Shown here: positions 59,352 through 64,000 of the stretch, piece after piece | Numbering within the stretch: position 1 is the first letter of the stretch | How the letters are laid out: every line of letters starts with the position of its first letter | NCBI GenBank assembly: GCA_048938005.1 | Contig: JBHLMQ010000001.1 | Coordinates: forward strand, 1 to 64,000 | Source: Promethearchaeota archaeon | GTDB lineage: Archaea; Asgardarchaeota; Lokiarchaeia; Sigyniarchaeales; SOKP01 | Length of the DNA: 64,000 nucleotides | Direction of reading: 5' to 3' | Position numbers and translations under genes: made by a program | Notes under the pieces: model-generated | Told to the model about the DNA's origin: nothing | Database searches by the model: none | What the model saw: the letters and a program-made list of their open reading frames with translations, nothing else

Positions 59352-60254
59352 TTGAATGATAAAATAAATCAATTTTTAGGAAATTTATTTGAAACTAGCG
59401 AACTAAATCGCCTTCATAAAAAGTATGGAGGAGGTAGAATCTTTTCTAATCCTAGAATTGGGGTTGCGCAAGGAGATGATCCAATATTTCAGAAATTTAA
59501 AGAGGTAATAAGCCCAGAACACTTAACCCCTTTTGAATTATGGTTGACAGAAAATCAAGAGAGGGTTCCAGCTTCAAAACTTAGGGTAATCTCGATTGTT
59601 TTTCCTTTCGTTGACAAAATTCGTGAAGAAAGTAAGAATGTAATAAAGTTACGACGAGTTACACTCCCTGCAGAAGTTTATTCTGTAGGAAGGAATTATG
59701 CTAATCCTTTTAAAAAAGAGGTATGTAGGCTAATTATTGAATTTCTTAATAAAAAAGGGTATAGAGCTGTAGCTGGAATGTTAAGTGAATCATTTACAAT
59801 AATTGCAAAGGGAAGATTCTACTCCAATTGGTCAGAACGTCATATTGCATTTGCTACGGGTTTAGGAACGTTTAGTTTACATGAAGGTTTGATTACTGAG
59901 GTAGGGTGTAATATTAGATTAGCTTCTATAGTTACTGATGCACCTCTAAAAATTACTCCGAGAAAAAGTGATAACCCATATGGAAATTGTTTATATTATT
60001 CAGAAGGTACTTGTAGAAAATGTGAAGAGAGATGTCCTGGTAATGCAATTGATGAAAATGGTCATGATAAAATTAAATGTTATGAATATGGTCAAAAAGT
60101 AGCAAGAAGAATAATTTCACGTATTGGCCCTATTTTAAAACCTCATATTCGTCGTGTTAATGGGAAATTGAGACCTGCAACTTTTCCTGTGGGATGTGCA
60201 TTTTGTCAATTTGGAGTTCCTTGTATGGATAAAAATCCAACAAAAGAAATATGA
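59352..60254 (+). CDS. Epoxyqueuosine reductase-like 4Fe-4S protein
   Basis: WSERHIAFATGLGTF, RLASIVTD, CRKCEERCP and GCAFCQFGVPC. Confidence 0.8.
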   Translation: MNDKINQFLGNLFETSELNRLHKKYGGGRIFSNPRIGVAQGDDPIFQKFKEVISPEHLTPFELWLTENQERVPASKLRVISIVFPFVDKIREESKNVIKLRRVTLPAEVYSVGRNYANPFKKEVCRLIIEFLNKKGYRAVAGMLSESFTIIAKGRFYSNWSERHIAFATGLGTFSLHEGLITEVGCNIRLASIVTDAPLKITPRKSDNPYGNCLYYSEGTCRKCEERCPGNAIDENGHDKIKCYEYGQKVARRIISRIGPILKPHIRRVNGKLRPATFPVGCAFCQFGVPCMDKNPTKEI

Positions 60255-60301
60255 AACTAATACTTTAAAAAATAATTATTATAGTTTTATAGTGTTTAAT
60301 T

Positions 60302-61969
60302 ATGCCAATTCAAAAGGAAAAATTAGATCCAAGTAGAGCTTATGAGAGAGCTTTATTTCGTGCTTGTGGTTATTCTTATGAAGATTTACAAAAACCAAAA
60401 GTAGCAATTGTTAACTCCTGGAATGAAATTAATCCTGGGCATATACATTTACGTAAACTAGCTGAATTTGTTAAGAAGGGTGTTAAAGAAGCGGACGGCA
60501 CCCCTATGGAATTTAACACAATTGCCATTTGTGATGGGATTGCAAACTCAGGAAATTTTTCTAAATATGTTTTGCCCTCTCGAGAGATTATAGCAGCATC
60601 TATTGAATGTACAATAAAAGCATATGACTTCGATGGGATGGTAATGTTATGTTCATGTGACAAAATAATCCCCGGTATGCTTTTAGCAGCAGCTAGATGT
60701 AATATTCCTACAATCTTTTTAACTGGAGGGATAATGTTGCCTAAAACTTTTCAAGATGGGCCTCTAAAGGGAAAAACATTTGTAACTTCCGATATTAAAG
60801 AGGCAATTGGTAAATTTAATGCAGGTTTAATATCAGAACAGGAATTATTTCTTATTGAATCAGAAACATGTTGTTCTGCTGGAGCTTGTAATATGATGGG
60901 TACAGCAAATACTATGGCATGCATTGTTGAAGCGATGGGGCTTTCTTTACCCGATTGTGCTACAATGAGTGCCGTTAGTAAAGAAAGAGAAGAGTTATGT
61001 AAAGAAACTGGTAAAATTATCATGAATTTAATTGATAAAAATGTAAATGCTTTAAATTTAATCACACATGAATCTATTGAAAATGCTATAAAAGTAGCAT
61101 TGTCATTTGGCGGTTCTACTAACATGATACTCCATTTATGTGCGTTATTACATGAGATAGGGGGTAATTTAACTCATTTTGATTTTGAAAGAATGAGCAA
61201 ATCCGTTCCTCTATTAGCAAAATTCAAACCTGCTTCAGATTATAATCTTTCAGAATTTCATGAAGCTGGAGGTGTTAAGGTTTTAATGAAAAAATTATCA
61301 AGCCTTTTAAATTTATCTACAAATACTGTATTTGGTTTAACTCTAAATGAATATCTTGAAAAAGTCGAATTTGATGATTATCAAATTATAAGAAATTTAA
61401 AAGATCCAATTGAAAATGAGGGGGGGATTGCTGTATTAAAGGGAAGTTTAGCACCTGAAGGAGCAATTGTAAAACATAGTGCGATGGATCCAAAAATGAT
61501 GTATCATAAGGGAGCTGCGAAAGTTTTTGAGTGTGAAGAAGAAGTATGTGAAGCCTTATTTTCTAATAAAGTAAAAGAAGGTGATGTATTGGTTATCCGT
61601 TATGAAGGACCTAAGGGTTCTCCGGGGATGAGAGAATTATCAATTCCAGCAGCAATTTTAGTGGGTATGGGATTGGGTGATTCGGTAGCAATGATAACTG
61701 ATGGAAGATATTCTGGAGCCACAAGGGGACCTTGTATAGGACATGTATGCCCTGAAGCATATGAAGGAGGACCAATTTCAATTATCCAAGATGGAGATTT
61801 GATAGAAATAGATATTAAAAGCCGTAAATTAGATTTATTAATCCCTCAGGATGAAATTGATAAACGATTAAATGAATGGGAAAAACCTGAAAAAAAGATT
61901 AAAACTGGTTATCTAGAAATTTATAGAAAAATTGTAAGCTCTGCGAAAGAGGGAGCTTTTTTAAAATAA
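60302..61969 (+). CDS. ilvD: Dihydroxy-acid dehydratase (IlvD/Edd family)
   Basis: CDG, CDKIIPG, GTANTM, GGSTN, YEGPKG.PGMRE and TDGRYSG. Confidence 0.9.
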   Translation: MPIQKEKLDPSRAYERALFRACGYSYEDLQKPKVAIVNSWNEINPGHIHLRKLAEFVKKGVKEADGTPMEFNTIAICDGIANSGNFSKYVLPSREIIAASIECTIKAYDFDGMVMLCSCDKIIPGMLLAAARCNIPTIFLTGGIMLPKTFQDGPLKGKTFVTSDIKEAIGKFNAGLISEQELFLIESETCCSAGACNMMGTANTMACIVEAMGLSLPDCATMSAVSKEREELCKETGKIIMNLIDKNVNALNLITHESIENAIKVALSFGGSTNMILHLCALLHEIGGNLTHFDFERMSKSVPLLAKFKPASDYNLSEFHEAGGVKVLMKKLSSLLNLSTNTVFGLTLNEYLEKVEFDDYQIIRNLKDPIENEGGIAVLKGSLAPEGAIVKHSAMDPKMMYHKGAAKVFECEEEVCEALFSNKVKEGDVLVIRYEGPKGSPGMRELSIPAAILVGMGLGDSVAMITDGRYSGATRGPCIGHVCPEAYEGGPISIIQDGDLIEIDIKSRKLDLLIPQDEIDKRLNEWEKPEKKIKTGYLEIYRKIVSSAKEGAFLK

Positions 61970-61988
61970 TAAAATAATCTATTTTAGT

Positions 61989-63143
61989 ATGATTGATGAA
62001 AAGCGTATATCATTTAATTTAAAAGAGTTTTCTTTTCCAAGATTATCTGGAACTGAATTTGAGAAAAAAAGTTTCAATATCGCTAAAAGGAAAATAGAAG
62101 ATTTAAATCTTATTCCAATGGTTCAAGAATTTTCATTTAGCACTTTCTATTCACGAGTTTATCCAAAAATTTCTCTAACATTACTAAGTTGGCTCCTTAT
62201 AGTCTTGTTTTTAAATATACAAGTGGTGTTTACGATAATTAATTTATCTCTAATTCTAATATTGATTTTGGTTCTTATTATTCTTACCAGGAATTCAGAG
62301 AATATCAAAATTGGACGAAAATTTTATTCTCAAAATTTATTTGTAAAAATATCGTCTCAACCTAAAAATAAAAGCTCAAATGGTAATATTTTTCTCTTTT
62401 CACATTTAGATTCAAAAGGACAGTTACTCTCAATAAAAATTCGAATCCGATTATATTATATATGGATTATCTCTTTTACTTTAAGTCTCCCATTTAATTT
62501 ACTTGACTCTTTTTTCTTTCAACAATCTTTTCTACTATTACATATATTCGCCATTTTAATATTAGTTATCAATTGTGGAGCCACTATTATGATCTTACTA
62601 AATACTACAAATAACAATTCTAAAGGGGCAATAGATAATGCCTCTGGCGTATCATGTGTTTTAGAACTGCTAAATTATTATTCGAAATCAGAAAATAGAC
62701 TTAAAAATTATAATTTATGGTTTGTTTTTACAGGTGCAGAAGAATCTGGCACTATGGGAATAAGAAATTTTTATAGATATATGAAAGACTATGATAGAGA
62801 TAAAACTTTTATAATCAACTTTGACTCTATTGCTAAAACAATAAATTTGTGGGATCATGGTCTCCTTAATAATAAATACTTTAAATCTGATAAATATATT
62901 TTAGAAAATAGGGAGATAATGAGTTTAGAGAAGACACGGAGAATATATATTGGCACATATAGCGATGGAATGTTTCTTCTAAGTAAGAGATTCAAAGGAC
63001 TTGGCAATGGAGATAAAAGCTCTTATAATTATATTCATTCGGTTAATGATGATGCGGATAAAATAGATATAACAGTTTTGAAAACACTCTGCCAATTTTA
63101 TATAGTTTTATTAAGTGAAGTTGATATTAATTTAAATAAATAA
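61989..63143 (+). CDS. Membrane-embedded M28 family metallopeptidase
   Basis: SHLDSK, GAIDNASG, GAEESG, NFD, SD and IHS..D. Confidence 0.83.
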   Translation: MIDEKRISFNLKEFSFPRLSGTEFEKKSFNIAKRKIEDLNLIPMVQEFSFSTFYSRVYPKISLTLLSWLLIVLFLNIQVVFTIINLSLILILILVLIILTRNSENIKIGRKFYSQNLFVKISSQPKNKSSNGNIFLFSHLDSKGQLLSIKIRIRLYYIWIISFTLSLPFNLLDSFFFQQSFLLLHIFAILILVINCGATIMILLNTTNNNSKGAIDNASGVSCVLELLNYYSKSENRLKNYNLWFVFTGAEESGTMGIRNFYRYMKDYDRDKTFIINFDSIAKTINLWDHGLLNNKYFKSDKYILENREIMSLEKTRRIYIGTYSDGMFLLSKRFKGLGNGDKSSYNYIHSVNDDADKIDITVLKTLCQFYIVLLSEVDINLNK

Positions 63144-63157
63144 TCTAAGAGTACTGA

Positions 63158-64000
63158 TTAGTAATCAAATTTAATAATAAAGAATTAGGCGTAGTTATTA
63201 CCCCCTCAAAAACAGTAGAATATATTATATCAAAATTAGGGGAAGTTAAAGAAGGACAGAAGATTTTGGATCCATGCGTAGGTCCGGGTATTTTTATCAA
63301 GAAAATATTACAATCTGGAATTGATAAGAATCAGATATATGCATATGATATAAATTCAAATTTTAAAAGTGAAATAGAAAAACTAGGAGTCTCTTTTAAA
63401 TCACAAGATACGCTTATATCATTGTATCCTGATTCCTATAATGAATTTGATTTTATTGTCGGAAATCCACCTTATCTAAACAAGGCAAGCGTTTATGTAC
63501 GCAAAAATAAAGAAAAACTGAGAAAAATTTACGGGAAAATAAACGCTCATGAATCTTATGCAATGTTTATTGTAAATAGTATTTGGAGATTAAAGGAGGG
63601 TGGTAAATTAGGTTTCATAACCAGTGATTCATTCTTAACTCTTAGTACGCATAAAAGGTTAAGGAGGTTTATCCTTAATCATTGTATAATTAATGAGATT
63701 CTTTTAGCTCCTAAAAATTTGTTTACTAATCAAAAAGTAAGTACAAACCCAGTAATTATAATTCTAACAAAATGCTCAGGTCAGAAAAATAAAAAGATCA
63801 GGGAAAAAAATGTTATGAGGATAATTCCTAGAGTAAATAGCGAGGATGATTACCAATCTCCTTCTGGTGTTAATGAAATAAAGCAAATAAAATATAATTC
63901 ATTGCCATTTAACATATTCTTTACTGATGTTGAGAATGAAATTATAGAATTATTTGAAAAAGCACCTAAATTAGAAGAATATTTAAAGGGTTTTATTGGA
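63158..64000 (+). CDS. N6-adenine DNA methyltransferase (Eco57I/TaqI-like), 3' end outside the window; start codon unclear
   Basis: Open frame LGVVITP...ILDPCVGPGIF...DFIVGNPPY...LKEGGKLGFITSDSF running off the window end. Confidence 0.85.

Noticed and set aside
59352-60254. Assigning queG or a reductive dehalogenase function
   Set aside because: Only the shared Fe-S/cobalamin-type fold motifs are visible; the specific function is not supportable.

Overview
AT-rich archaeal chromosomal window. Its gene content (archaeal AlaRS, ether-lipid genes, F420 and methanopterin genes, a eukaryote-type ubiquitin cascade) points to an Asgard archaeon, most likely Lokiarchaeia; this assignment is an inference. 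The main feature is a compact ubiquitin-like conjugation locus at about 10.2-18.2 kb. It holds two paralogous soluble Ubls with acidic N-tails that end in -AG instead of -GG, a third paralogous Ubl fused to two TM helices with no terminal Gly, a wHTH regulator, E1, E2, a JAMM protease and a multi-TM RING-type E3. A divergent coiled-coil protein shares a KTPS motif with the Ubls. The set resembles a membrane-associated (ERAD/Dsc-like) system. Other blocks: alaS and ftsZ; a pterin/F420 biosynthesis region interrupted by a glycyl radical enzyme pair; an ether-lipid operon; a sulfatase/glycoside cluster with a GH1 remnant and an oxidoreductase carrying an in-frame TAG; and two adenine methyltransferases. 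Several conserved N-termini can only be translated from non-canonical starts (ATT in three genes). There is also an unannotated 42-aa TM-Gly12-FF peptide. I saw no rRNA, tRNA, CRISPR array or transposase. All product calls come from motif recognition by eye, not from database searches.
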